This document shows, piece after piece, positions 47,803-59,063 of a stretch of 64,000 nt of DNA. This DNA comes from Babesia bigemina (lineage: Eukaryota), in the NCBI RefSeq assembly GCF_000981445.1, contig NC_027217.1, forward strand, positions 1,488,001 to 1,552,000, written 5' to 3'. The translations under genes were made by a program, and so were the position numbers. The notes beneath the pieces were generated by a model. It was given only the letters and a program-made list of their open reading frames with translations. It was not told the DNA's origin and searched no databases. Every line of letters begins with the position of its first letter. Position 1 is the stretch's first letter.

Positions 47803-48957
47803 ATGGCGAACAAGGCAAAGGGCGCCAAGCGCCCCAAAACTGGAGACAACGAGATGCCTAACGTCAAGGAGATTCCCGAACAGGAGAAGCAGAACATCAG
47901 GGACACGTATGGAGGCAAGTTTTTAGAGTGCCTGCAGCGCGGTCTCACGGAAGTCCGTAAGGAAGAACCCAACGTCGACATGAACGAGGAACAGCTCACG
48001 ACCCTTAGCCACCGAATCTGCGACGCGTGCTATGATTTCTACGGGCACGACAAGCGGGCGTTCAAGCAGAAGATCTTCGAGATTTACATCAACATGAAGA
48101 GGGAGAACAACCACGACCTGCGGCGTAAGATCATAACGAAAGTCATGTCGGTGGACGAGCTGATCCACGCTGAGACGATAAAGCTGGCTCCCGACGAGGT
48201 GCAGCAGAAAAGGCAAATCGAGGTTGAAAAGCACTACCTGCGGAACGTCATATTGCCGGGGGACCAGCACAACGTTGCAGCGACGGCGGTCGACGAGCCA
48301 GCGCCATCTCCGCAAAGTGACGCTACGTCAGAGAAGGCCGTCAGCCCCAGCCGCAGTAATAGTGAGTTGGATCACATGGTGAGTCCGGGGAGCCGCGAGG
48401 GAACAAGCCTTTTCGATAACGAGTCTCCGGGCGAACTGCAGCCGGAGTCGCCCAGGGAAGAGGAGGATTCAGACCCAGATGGCGACGGGCATGAAAACGA
48501 GTATCAATCGGATGCAGAGAGTGCACGCCAGAGCTCCATTAGCCTCTCACCAAAGTCTAGGATGAGCTCCTCTTTTGAAGAGGCCTACGGCCATCTCGGC
48601 GATGCATCCACCTCAATCGACGAAAAGGGTGAAGCGGATGATAACACACCCAAAAGGAGGCGTAGTATGTCACAGGGCAGTCTCACGGATGATCTGGACT
48701 CGAGCAGCATTTTCTTCGGGCGCCCGCATAGGGTCGAATCTGACGAGGACACAACCCCTAAGCGGCCTCAACCGCCAGACGGAAGCCAATACACGCTGCA
48801 GCAAGTCATGGAAAAAATCGAGGGGCGGTTGAATGCGCTGCCAGCGTATATCGCTAAACCATTCAGAGGGCCGCTGAAATGCGGCCACAAACGCGTATCA
48901 CTGCTCATGGCGAGGTCGCACATCCTGCACAGCAAGCAACCGGATAACAAGCAATAG
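47803..48957 (+). CDS. TFIIS central (M) domain protein
   Basis: FKQKIFEIYINMKRENNHDLRRKII...VDELIHAETIKLAPDEVQQKR matches TFIIS domain II; no C-terminal zinc ribbon. Confidence 0.75.
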   Translation: MANKAKGAKRPKTGDNEMPNVKEIPEQEKQNIRDTYGGKFLECLQRGLTEVRKEEPNVDMNEEQLTTLSHRICDACYDFYGHDKRAFKQKIFEIYINMKRENNHDLRRKIITKVMSVDELIHAETIKLAPDEVQQKRQIEVEKHYLRNVILPGDQHNVAATAVDEPAPSPQSDATSEKAVSPSRSNSELDHMVSPGSREGTSLFDNESPGELQPESPREEEDSDPDGDGHENEYQSDAESARQSSISLSPKSRMSSSFEEAYGHLGDASTSIDEKGEADDNTPKRRRSMSQGSLTDDLDSSSIFFGRPHRVESDEDTTPKRPQPPDGSQYTLQQVMEKIEGRLNALPAYIAKPFRGPLKCGHKRVSLLMARSHILHSKQPDNKQ

Positions 48958-49470
48958 CTCTGTCCCGTATGAGCATACGTGTCGTGCACAGGACCAGACT
49001 GACGTGTTATATGCAGAAGCCTCGCAGCATCACACGACGGTGCCGAGCAAAGACTATGTGACACGTTCGGCCGTGTTCTATGCCGCAACGAAATCCGAGA
49101 CGCCAGATCGCGAAGAAGTCGCTCACAATATACACGTCTACTGCTGACAGGAAATATTCCTCGCCACCGCATCGGGCGATGTTATCGAAGGCCCCGCGTC
49201 TCCCCGCATCAACTTGCGGGGACGGCGTCTAAAAAATATCTTTTGACTCGATAAAACGGCCTTTTACGCTGTTTACTGCGAGGAATTGATATCTAAACGA
49301 CTGAAAAGAGTCTAAGAACGCCAACTGACGACCCGTTGTTCTGTAACAGGCACCAGGTAACGCAACTGGGTCGTGGAATCATCCGCGTTTTTGCGGGGCT
49401 TGCACGTAAAGGGAAATAAGTTACCAAAATCTCCCCTGAATAACGATCGGAGCGGTAAAGAACTTCAGTC

Positions 49471-50472
49471 ATGATTCGCAAGGACGTCTCGGGGCGTCGG
49501 CGGCGCTTTGGGGCGGCCGGTGACTTCCACCCTGACAACGCCACCAACAAGACCAGTTCCGTGGGATCAATAGCGTCTTCACCTGCATTATCGCCATCCT
49601 TCCACAGGAGCCTACTGAATCTGCAAAAGCAACTTCCCAGCAGGGTGAACAACAAGGAAGATGACGAACTGGAATACATCAGGGTGCTGCGGTCGTGTCT
49701 GTCGGGCGCCGCAGTTGACCCCTCAAGTCCGTGCTCCATTTCCACGGCAGGCAGCGACGGGGAAGAAACGGCCGCAGAACCGCAGAGGAGGTGTTACAGC
49801 GACAGCTCGCCTTATACGACCTTTCAAAGGCGCCAGCGTGCTGGTGGAAGACTGTACGCTGAGAGGCTGCACAGCAGCGAAGGAAAACAGTTCTTCGGCG
49901 TTGAAAGAAAGTCGCGCACTGAGCATGTTGAGCGCCGAGACGTCGCAGAAATCGATGGGCACGAAAGCGCAACTGAAGTCTTTCGTGAAACGCCGTACGA
50001 CAGCGATGCCCGCGCGGCTTACCCAGTGTATTATGAAGGCAGCGAAACATCCGTGAGACACACGCCTGCCGGGAACACGAACGTCATTCTGCTGGACGAC
50101 GGCAACAACGCCGGAGTAGAAGTCTCTCTACGCAAGCTCCGCACCGGCATGCAGGGGCAGCAGAGGCTGATCCGGCTGCACAGAGTGGGGACGCACCTCC
50201 AGCTGGAGTACTCCGAAGCGGTAGAGGACCTAGAACTGAGCTTTGTGCCCACGAAAGCAATCGCAACACGGCACGGTGACCGGTACCAAAACGTAGAACA
50301 GGTGCCGACTAAGCGGCCCTCGTACGCCCATCGCACGTCGACTTGCGCGAACGACCATCTCATAGCCACGAGCCCAGTGGGCATGACGGCGCTATGTGTG
50401 GTGTCCGGCGTATTAGGAGCGGCAATAGGCGCTGCACTGTACTTCAGGAGTCGCAGCTCGTCGATGGCGTAA
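49471..50472 (+). CDS. Hypothetical tail-anchored membrane protein
   Basis: 333-aa ORF with C-terminal TM (ALCVVSGVLGAAIGAALYF) followed by RSR. Confidence 0.65.
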   Translation: MIRKDVSGRRRRFGAAGDFHPDNATNKTSSVGSIASSPALSPSFHRSLLNLQKQLPSRVNNKEDDELEYIRVLRSCLSGAAVDPSSPCSISTAGSDGEETAAEPQRRCYSDSSPYTTFQRRQRAGGRLYAERLHSSEGKQFFGVERKSRTEHVERRDVAEIDGHESATEVFRETPYDSDARAAYPVYYEGSETSVRHTPAGNTNVILLDDGNNAGVEVSLRKLRTGMQGQQRLIRLHRVGTHLQLEYSEAVEDLELSFVPTKAIATRHGDRYQNVEQVPTKRPSYAHRTSTCANDHLIATSPVGMTALCVVSGVLGAAIGAALYFRSRSSSMA

Positions 50473-51247
50473 TCGGCAGCGCAATACCACTGCGCCCTAT
50501 ACACAAGAGGCACATGTGGAACCCAGGTGTTATCCTGCTTTAATTTAGTTGAAGCTGTTCATATAGCCGGGAGTTGTAGGCACAGCGCTCAGCACCCTCG
50601 AAAAACAACCGTGTTATGCGTACGACAATTAGTGTATATGGTTGGATGAGCACGTCACATCGTCCTAGGGTGGCGGTGAACGGTGCTGTGATACTGCGAC
50701 AAATCGGCCTATATCACCCGCAACACCAGTGAAATTTCGGTACAAACATATGTGTCGAGCACTATACACAGTCTCGCTTCACGTCGCATGCTCGGCACTG
50801 CCTAACCATGCACTAGAGTAACGAGCGGTCCAAGTGGCGCTGACCCACACCCAGCATTCGGCGTAGAGAAAGACAACCACACAAAGTCCTAATTACCAGC
50901 GAACTACCACGCATGATCGAACACCCGTAGACAAACAGGCATATGCATTTACGACTCGGCCTCCGAAATTGCGTCGAGCATGCAGCACACCGCACCCATC
51001 GGTCTCGCACTTCCGCTCACAAATGCTCAGCAGTGTGAACTAGCTTATCCCAGTAGAGCATACGTACAACTGCGCTGCTACATTCTTGCATCATCGGCAC
51101 ATACTCGATAAGGGCTGTATCGCAATGCCGACCCCGCTAAACCCTCACCGGCGTGATTAACGCTTCATGGCCAACGAACATGTCGATAACGATGTGCTTG
51201 CCGGCGGATAATCCGCGGATGCAACAAACCTGTCCCATCATCCCGCA

Positions 51248-52240
51248 CTAGTATTCGTGTTGGGGAGGAAACATGCCCATGTGTGGATGCGGCACCGGTT
51301 GCCAGACCTGTGCGTACGGGGCAGGCTGGTAGTACTGCGGGGGCATCGCGTCAAATTGGCTGTGAACCGCGGTCGGCATCATCTTCATGCTTGCACGTGA
51401 TGCCACCATCTGGGCGGCTTGGCACGCAAGCGTAGCACGCATGTGGTCGCATTCGCGGCTGCGGGTAACGAACTCGGCCAGGTGCTCGCCCCAACCGTGC
51501 ATTTCGGTAGCAGCATGCCAAAGGTTCGGGTCTGAAGGTTCGGTCACGTTGAAGTGATGAACCATGCGCAATGCACGCTTAAGCGTGCGCTGCAAGGAGA
51601 GCAGGCGTAGCTGACGCTCCAAACGCATGAGCCCCGCCAAGAACTTGTTCACGCGAATCATTCCATGAGATCGGAACCGATCTGCGAACCTCTCCATACC
51701 CAATGTGCGGATTAGCGCCTCGACGCTCTCCATGCCCTCCGCGGAGCCCTTCTCCATCACGAACTCTAACAGCGAGCGCAAATTGCTAACCGCGTTCAGC
51801 GTGTAGGAAGTCCTGGTCTCAGCCAGCGATTCATTATACTCCACCCAGCCTAAACTAGGAGTCCAGTGCGATCCGCCTACGTGCAACGCCTCCGAGTAGT
51901 GCAGTATATCGGCGGCGTCCGATTGCTTCTCAGCCTGCTTTTCATTCACGGTGGAACAATCGACGCCACAACGTAGTAACAAATCCGGCGGCACGTCTGA
52001 ACCCACGGCGAGGTATTTATAGACGGCATCAATCTGGTTGAGAGTCCTCTCGAATTGGGAGCTGCTAACGGGGTTCCTGACGGACCCCTTCATGCCATAG
52101 TACTCAGATTCCACGGGTTTGCGCTTCTCCCGCGCCGAATCAAGAGCGGAGAGAAGCTGGCGGAATCTCACGTCATCCGCTCTGACTCCCTGTGCGCTCA
52201 AATTGTAGAGCTCGTGCACGATCTCGGAGTAGGTGGCCAT
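51248..52240 (-). CDS. QLQ-domain protein resembling the Snf2/Brahma N-terminus
   Basis: SSSQFERTLNQIDAVYKYLAVGSDVPPDLL (QLQ-like), ERQLRLLSLQRTLK (pre-HSA-like), and a P/Q-rich tail. Confidence 0.65.
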   Translation of the reverse strand: MATYSEIVHELYNLSAQGVRADDVRFRQLLSALDSAREKRKPVESEYYGMKGSVRNPVSSSQFERTLNQIDAVYKYLAVGSDVPPDLLLRCGVDCSTVNEKQAEKQSDAADILHYSEALHVGGSHWTPSLGWVEYNESLAETRTSYTLNAVSNLRSLLEFVMEKGSAEGMESVEALIRTLGMERFADRFRSHGMIRVNKFLAGLMRLERQLRLLSLQRTLKRALRMVHHFNVTEPSDPNLWHAATEMHGWGEHLAEFVTRSRECDHMRATLACQAAQMVASRASMKMMPTAVHSQFDAMPPQYYQPAPYAQVWQPVPHPHMGMFPPQHEY

Positions 52241-52440
52241 TGTTTAACGTCGAGCCGGGGCCGACGGATGCCCGCGGTGGCGCAATCACCCTGTAAATTC
52301 GCCCACTTATGACCTGTAAAAGTGAACGCTATCGGTGAGGGGCGACGGCGACGTACGGCGTGCCGTTCACCCTGCACACCCCGGGATGCTGAATGCACGT
52401 AACGCTGAAAAAAACGGTAAATAGTTATTAAAATACGGTT

Positions 52441-53447
52441 CTACATTTCCGGCATTACGGGGAGGTCATACACCGTAACGTTGGCGGCGTTTCCACCAAA
52501 CTTCTTTTCGAGCTGGGATGGATCCACTGTCTCTAGCATCTTTTTCGTGTTCTTGCCTGAACTTATCTGTATCTTTTCCTGTGTCACTTCTGGTAATACG
52601 TTCTTCACAAGTCCCCAGAGACCCGAAATTATGTACGGGGCGTTAATCAGGAACATCTGGGACAGACGACCCCTGTAGTTGACCGTCAGAGCACGGCAAA
52701 TCTGCTTAATCAATGACACCTGTAAACCTAGGAGGTTGGTGCCGCTCATGTCAATTATGACCTTCCACTGCTCAATGCGACCGGGGATCATCAACTTGTT
52801 GATGGCGAGCTCGAGCGTGAAGAAAATGCACCTCAGGACGTGCTCAGGTTGGACCTTCGCCACGTTGCGCAACTGGATGACGACGATTGGTCGCATGCAG
52901 TTGTCACGGCCGTGAATATAGATGATTCCGCGAGCCTGAAACACGTCACTGGGTGTCACTCACAACCAACCAATACGCCCTCTATCTCCGAACGATGAAT
53001 GGGTAACGTAGCCTTGCGCCATTGTAGATTCTCTTTCATGTCATCCAACGCCGCCTGGTACTTGTAGTTGTTACCGATCAGGCAACGCAGAAGATAACCA
53101 TCGTCCGCGAAAATGGTGGAACCAAAACGCTTCTTAAAACTCACAACTGCCTGATTGGTATCCAACTGAGGGCCCTCGAGCTTCTGGATGGCGAACACCT
53201 TGAATGCGTGAATGTGCTCCTGTTCGAAATTGGTAAACTGCACGTTAGAAAAAATAAATCGAATTTGGTGCCCGCTCCTCGTAACCTGAAAACGATGAAA
53301 AGCAGCGTAATCTGTGCGTACCGTGTTCAGCTGATCGCCCGTCGGCACGAAGTTCTTCACATACTCGGGCAAGACGATGCTATCCAAAAGCGGATCGTCA
53401 TACCCGAGCGCGTTGCAAGAATCGGAATCGGAATTCATTACACCCAT
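52441..53447 (-). CDS. CRAL-TRIO/Sec14 lipid-binding protein
   Basis: DDGYLLRCL...[41 protein letters not shown]; one intron near 52936-52970. Confidence 0.9.
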
Positions 53448-54095
53448 TCTACCAGCCAATGTGCATCATCATCGCACGATGCCGACATGTAATCCTGTTT
53501 GCGACCAAACAGGAAAGTCTCGTGGCAAACCACGAAACTAATATGTATCGGTATAGAGGCAATCGATGTGCGAAGTGGATTAAATACACTTGTGTCGCTT
53601 CCCCACGGCAGATGGGGATACCGTTATATCACTGCAGGCGCTTCGTGGCTCCGATCAGCGCATTTAATCTCTAAACGGAATATAGATATCGCCTTCAATG
53701 CTGGGATGCTTCCAGCTCGACGGTTAATCGATGTGTATGCCGATACCACGCGGTGCCGATCAATCACCATCTCTCACAGATCACACCCTACCCTGGCATA
53801 AGCATAAACAGCGTATTGTCCTTTACCAACGCTATGCGTAATTTACTGTGACTTTGACAGGAACGGCACGGCGATTATTGTCGCTGGAGCAACCCGCATT
53901 TCGGCGTAATGCCGCTGCCACGCAGTATTACACTGTGTTGGGTTATGGGCGTATAGCCCCTCATTTACGCTATGCATCCGTTGATGCCAACTCCATTTTC
54001 ACGATATATACAAATCGGTAGCAAAAGTCTGGCTTTTAGTGTGTTGCGATTGACCATAATTGGATGTAAAGTGTTGTTAAATCCCACTCCACAGC

Positions 54096-54167
54096 GGTCT
54101 CGTAGTGTAGCGGTTATCACCGTGGACTCTGACTCCACTAACCCAGGTTCGAATCCTGGCGGGACCT
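54096..54167 (+). tRNA. tRNA-Gln(CTG)
   Basis: Acceptor GGTCTCG/CGGGACC, anticodon arm GTGGA-CTCTGAC-TCCAC, T-arm CCAGG-TTCGAAT-CCTGG; followed by a T-run Pol III terminator. Confidence 0.95.
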
Positions 54168-54228
54168 TTTTGTGCTATGCATTGTGAAAACATTATAATA
54201 GGCAAGCCTTCGTGATGCGGCTATGTTA

Positions 54229-55188
54229 CTAGTTCTCGATTTCGAATTCCTTATCAGGTAACTTGGTTTTCTCTGACGTCGGCGGAGAGGGGAATGCCAC
54301 TCCTGTGGGGATGCATAAGGCGTCGCAGGATCATCGTACCTTCTAGATAAGAAGCAACCTTGCCTGCAATACGCTGAATAAACAACTAGGCATAGTGACC
54401 TACCTTTGACATTTTGGAGCACTTTGACTGGAGAGGTGGCACCCGAAAGCAGTGGCTCCTCGGGTTCTTCGAGCATGGAAAATTCAAGCTCCAGGTCGTT
54501 CTCATCCACATCATCTGGGACCTGCATGCTCTTATAACGCCAAATATCGAGTGGCGTACAGCATATGATCGGCTCAATATCTCGTTTATGTCGTCAGCGT
54601 AATCCGCTAGGTCCTCCATTTCATCTTGAAGGCGCTGCGCATTAGATGATTAAACGAAGAAAATCAACGGCACCTCCAACTTAGCCACATTTACAAGCTT
54701 CAGTTGCTTGCGAGTGGATTTCACAGACGACTCTAGTGCATTCCGCTGAGCGGCACATCACGCTTTGTGGAACGTCATAGCATACCACGTCCACCGCCGT
54801 CTGCAGCTGGCTGGCAACATGTTCCGATTGGTCGACAGACAATTGAACACCGCAGAGCTGCTCCTTTTGGGTCTCGTAAACACGGCGACGTTGGAGAACT
54901 TGTAGAGCCTTGCGCTTGGCTGCGGCCACAGCTGCAGGGTTCTTGCAACTGGCAAGTCCAGCCTTTATGCCCGCCAGCTCCGCATTGCAGGCGTTTATTT
55001 TCTCATCTACCGATGATATCTTGGCGCTGATTCCTTCTAGACGCGACGTGTAAAGATATCTAAAGCATGGAGGCACTTACGCGAGGTCTCCTGGAGCGAT
55101 GCTGCCGGAGTACGCTTCCCAAAAAACCTGCACCGATGTCACCAACCGGATTACATGGGCGATTGAGCAGTAGTTAACGGTACCTCAT
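54229..55188 (-). CDS. VPS60: ESCRT-III Snf7-family protein Vps60/CHMP5
   Basis: Spliced MRFFGKRTPAASLQETS...KRKALQVLQRRRVYE...MEDLADYADDINEILSRSYA|VPDDVDENDLELEF; several short introns; last exon approximate. Confidence 0.85.
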
Positions 55189-55376
55189 TAATAAGTAGGC
55201 CGTCAGTCGTGCGGCTGAGCACGATCCAGTTCAACGGCGAAAACGACGGCACGAATGTCTATGTGTAGATTCCGCCTGTGCGACAAATATAACGTTAACC
55301 GCAGATCACTTACAGATATTATAACAGTCATAACAAAATCAATCACTTGGGGGGCTGCGATACCGTAGAAGGCGTA

Positions 55377-55888
55377 TCATATGTAACCATCTGGGTACCG
55401 CCAACGCTTCATCAACTCGCCGTAGCTGCAGCAATTGAAGACGCGGCACTATGACAACATACTTGAAAATGCGCGGCGTCATTTTGTTCTGGATGCGGCA
55501 CGAGTTTTCGGCCATCTGAACCCAGCCCAGCAACGCGCGGCGGCTATCAGTACTGCGCAAGCAATTCGGCGGGATAGATATAGCAACAAACCGAGGAGGG
55601 AACTCCGTTACAAAGCGCTGGAAGCACTGCTGACCATTTTTGCACATATCTGTCAGGGTACGATAGAATACGTCGATGTTGCGACGCTGAGAATCGCTCG
55701 GAACTTCGTCCACGTAGGCGCCGTACATCCATATCTACACACATTGCACTAAAAACTCAACCTCAACCTACTAGTATCCACTGGGCGCTGCACGGGTCGA
55801 CTGCCGCGTTCCTGTCTACTGCTGCCAGAGATTCCGCGAACGTGTACCGCCGCCTCTCCGGAAGGTTTGTAGACTCCCGCGAACACAT
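55377..55888 (-). CDS. Divergent Erv1/ALR-fold protein (5' end uncertain)
   Basis: Three short GT-AG introns give QWIL|IWMYGAYVDEVPSDSQRR...DMCKNGQQCFQRFVTEFPPR|TDSRRALLGWVQMAENSCR...IFN|YGELMKRWRYPDGYI*, colinear with the Erv/ALR domain. Confidence 0.6.
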
Positions 55889-56043
55889 CACCACGGTCAA
55901 AGGCTGCACATTCGTTCACCCTCTAAAAAGATCAATTGATACTCTATTTGACCCGGATATCCACTCGTCCCCATGGTCGAGGCAATACTGCCAAGGGCGG
56001 CAGACGGTCAACCTAAGGGATCGGAGCATATCCTAATCGCATC

Positions 56044-57851
56044 ATGTTCTACACAAGCAGGTTCCTCTTGGCTCTACAGCACGTCAAACAGCATGTGGAG
56101 CGCACGGTGCCGCTGTCAGACAGCACGCTTAAGGAGGTGATTGTCAAAGCCATCGGTAGGATAACATCTGAAAGAGCAATGGCAACACTTTAATGCAGGC
56201 AAACCAACATCGAGCGACGAGCTAAAGTACTTCAAACGCAATCGCAGAGCTAAGCCCGTCGCACCATTCTTCGCTGGCGAAATCAGGCCTAAACTGAAAC
56301 TCGTCGCCGCGGCAATCGACCACTCGGAGCTGCCTCCGCCGACGCTACCAGAGGTATGTAATATATAAATGGCTCATGGTGTATCTGTTGTCGCTATATG
56401 TTTCCTTAACGCGAAATTACTTTTACTGAACGCTCATAAAAGCGTAGGTTGCCTTCTACGGACGCACGAATGCCGGGAAGTCATGTCTGATCAATGCTAT
56501 CTGCGGACGGTATGGAGTTTGCCCCGTCAAACCGCTGCCTGGTACAACAAGAAAAGTTCACTTCTACAAGGTAACGTTGCATTTCATCAGAAATATGCAT
56601 GCACAGGTGGGCTCACCGCCAAGCATCATACTGGTTGACATGCCCGGTTACGGGTATTCCTCCGCAAAGGAGGACCTATCCATGCAGTGGAACGAATTCG
56701 CTCTGTACTACCTCAAACACAGAGAGACTTTAAAACTGGTCATCGTATTGGTGGACAGGTGGGATAGCATCCAAAACAATCTAACCGCTTCTCAGCCGTA
56801 TCGGATTGAAACAGTCAGATCTGGAAGTCATCAATTTTTGCAGCAAGTACAAGATAAAGTGGCACATCGTGCTCGCAAAGGCCGACACCATGAAGCCGGT
56901 GCTGTTGGCGAAAATGATGCAAAAGGTACGCCTGGTTGCTGTCCTTTAAGTCTGCCCAGGTGAAGCTGGAAACCTCCACGTACCGGGGTTGTAATGGGAA
57001 AATTATCGCAGTTGGTGCAACTAAGGACCAAAACCTAGAGGAAATAAGGGGAGTGGTGGAATCCTTTAAAGTGGACAAGCACATGGCTGTAGGTGACGCA
57101 TTTACAGCCACACTCATATGTAGCATTTCTGGTCTAGATACAAGGCCAGTCGAACACCGTATGTAGCCAGAAAGGTGATGCTAGAAGACACTCCAAAAAC
57201 TATCGCAATAACAACTGGCAATGAGGGCGACACTTGCTTGATAAACGAATCGAGTCTGCACCATGAAACTGCTCCAGTAGACCGGTTAGTGCAGCATTCT
57301 GGTTCCGATACCTTTGCAGTTATGATCTGTCCAAATACATTGGCGAATCCAGAGGCCCATACAGTGTTGACCAAGTGGCCCTGCGCTGTCTCGCCGAAGT
57401 ATTCTCGAGGTTTACGCCCCCACCAGGTTTCGTGGACGATGTGGCGCAGGAAACAGAAACTACTACACCGGCTGTTGAAACGGACGGCGTAGTTGAACGC
57501 AGCGTCGCACCCACTTTTGTTGAAATGGACGGTAATCTGTTGTGCGACCTGAACATAACTCTGGACGACACGCTAAAACGCAACGAAGAGGCAGAGGCAC
57601 CGCAGGAAAACCTCATAGAAGATAAAATATCGAGCTATGAAAGACGCCTGGCGATGGGGATAGAACCCGCGCCAAAGGTCTGCAAGCCTAACATAGGCAG
57701 GAGCTACAAAAGGGTCATGTCCATCTACAGAAAGACGTTGGCACCAAAAAAACTCAAGTGGGACTCGGTCAATCGGGATAAACTGACCTGGTCAGCAGTT
57801 TACCAGAAGTGGGAGAGGTGGAGCAAAAAGCACCCAGAGCTCGCCAGGTGA
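56044..57851 (+). CDS. engB: EngB/YihA (GTPBP8-like) GTPase with C-terminal extension
   Basis: Spliced [15 protein letters not shown] (G1), PGTT (G2), LVDMPGYGY (G3) and AKAD (G4); exon structure after about 57090 is uncertain. Confidence 0.8.
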
Positions 57852-58143
57852 GCCGGAACCGTGACATCACGTCATCTGTGATCAGATCCGCACAATCACC
57901 TACAAAACGGCAGGTCGTTAGTGACGGAAGGTTGGTTGCGCTGAGCAATGCCGCTTAGTTGTCTGCAGCAAAACACGTATACGGAAGCACCAGTTGCAAG
58001 TACACCAAAAACGCATTAAGATCCGTGAAGGTCCGCCCAAAATTAAACAGAAGTCCCATTTGTAGCGTCTTCCGCTGAAAACGCGTCGCCAGAGCACCCA
58101 AACGTTTCAATGGTGAAGAAGGCAACCTGGATTGTCGCCCTTC

Positions 58144-58371
58144 CTAGTGACTGAGGAGGCACCAACCAAGAGCTAGGCCAATGGTGCTCAAGAAAATAAC
58201 AGCGGCGCCCGTAACGGCAGCTGATACCTTTATGGAGTCCAAATAATACGTGGAAGTCACGTCGGACGTGAGTACAATCGGACGAAATAACACGTAGTTC
58301 AAAAGGTAGACAGCGATTCCTGACACTACGCACAATGCAATACGGCTCTTTGTCGACGTAGAAAGTGACAT
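58144..58371 (-). CDS. DPM2: DPM2-like (dolichol-phosphate mannose synthase regulatory subunit) two-TM protein
   Basis: 75 aa with two TMs; Y..YV...P......V...YYL......AA...L..IGL.LG..L spacing parallels DPM2. Confidence 0.55.
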   Translation of the reverse strand: MSLSTSTKSRIALCVVSGIAVYLLNYVLFRPIVLTSDVTSTYYLDSIKVSAAVTGAAVIFLSTIGLALGWCLLSH

Positions 58372-58493
58372 TTTAAGCAGATGAATGGTTGTGCGAATGT
58401 GTATGTACCCAATGAGCGGCCTTGCATATCAGCGGCCAACCCACGCTACACATTCCGTCGTTAAGGTATAATCGAAGCATTAGTCATGGTACT

Positions 58494-59063
58494 ATGTCTG
58501 TAAAAACCGAAATTAATTGGTATTATCGCGCTATTTTGTCGTCCATTACCCCTAGAAATTCACCAGAGAATAGTAAGTATATTTTTTGGTTGGAATCACG
58601 GCGCAGACCGTGCGCTTATTGAAGAGATAATTGAGGCAGACTTCAAACTGGTAAAAGGTGCTCTCGATCTCATCTTGAGTGGAAGTATCGCAAAGGTTAA
58701 CTTCGCGCCTAATCAGCAGCCCACTTCGCAGTCATTCTACTCGATTCTATCTAAAGACAAAACGAGGCAATACCTCGTTATGCAAGGATATTGCGATTGT
58801 AAGTAAAGTATTGCTTCCGTCGTCATTGTGAATTTGTAGGTTTTTATTTCGCGGAACACGTTCTGTCTCGTGCGACATCGTTCACGGTAAGTGCAGAGTA
58901 AGCCATACACAGATGCATACAGTGCACACATGAGCTGGCGTGCGTATTGCTGGAACACATGAGCGCGGATCTACAGAAGGACGGTGATAATTTTCTGCAC
59001 AGCGTAGAGGAACTGGACGAAGAGGAGTTTCTCGAACGGATGCACTTATTGTACGATGAATGA
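58494..59063 (+). CDS. ZSWIM7: SWIM zinc-finger protein SWS1/ZSWIM7 (Shu complex), 152 aa, not in the ORF track
   Basis: Introns 58573-58606, 58799-58839 and 58887-58922 give GALDLILSGSI...YCDCFYFAEHVLSRATSFTCTHELACVL (CxC...CxH). Confidence 0.8.

Noticed and set aside
49259..49267. GCCTTTTAC, identical to U5 snRNA loop I
   Set aside because: The flanking stem is weak and there is no appropriately placed Sm site.
51137..51145. CTAAACCCT, resembling a telomerase RNA template, in a 775-nt intergenic gap
   Set aside because: A single 9-mer is expected by chance in 64 kb on two strands, and I found no supporting structure.
53511..53525. AGGAAAGTCTCG, like RNase P/MRP CR-I
   Set aside because: No complementary CR-V strand for helix P4 is visible downstream.
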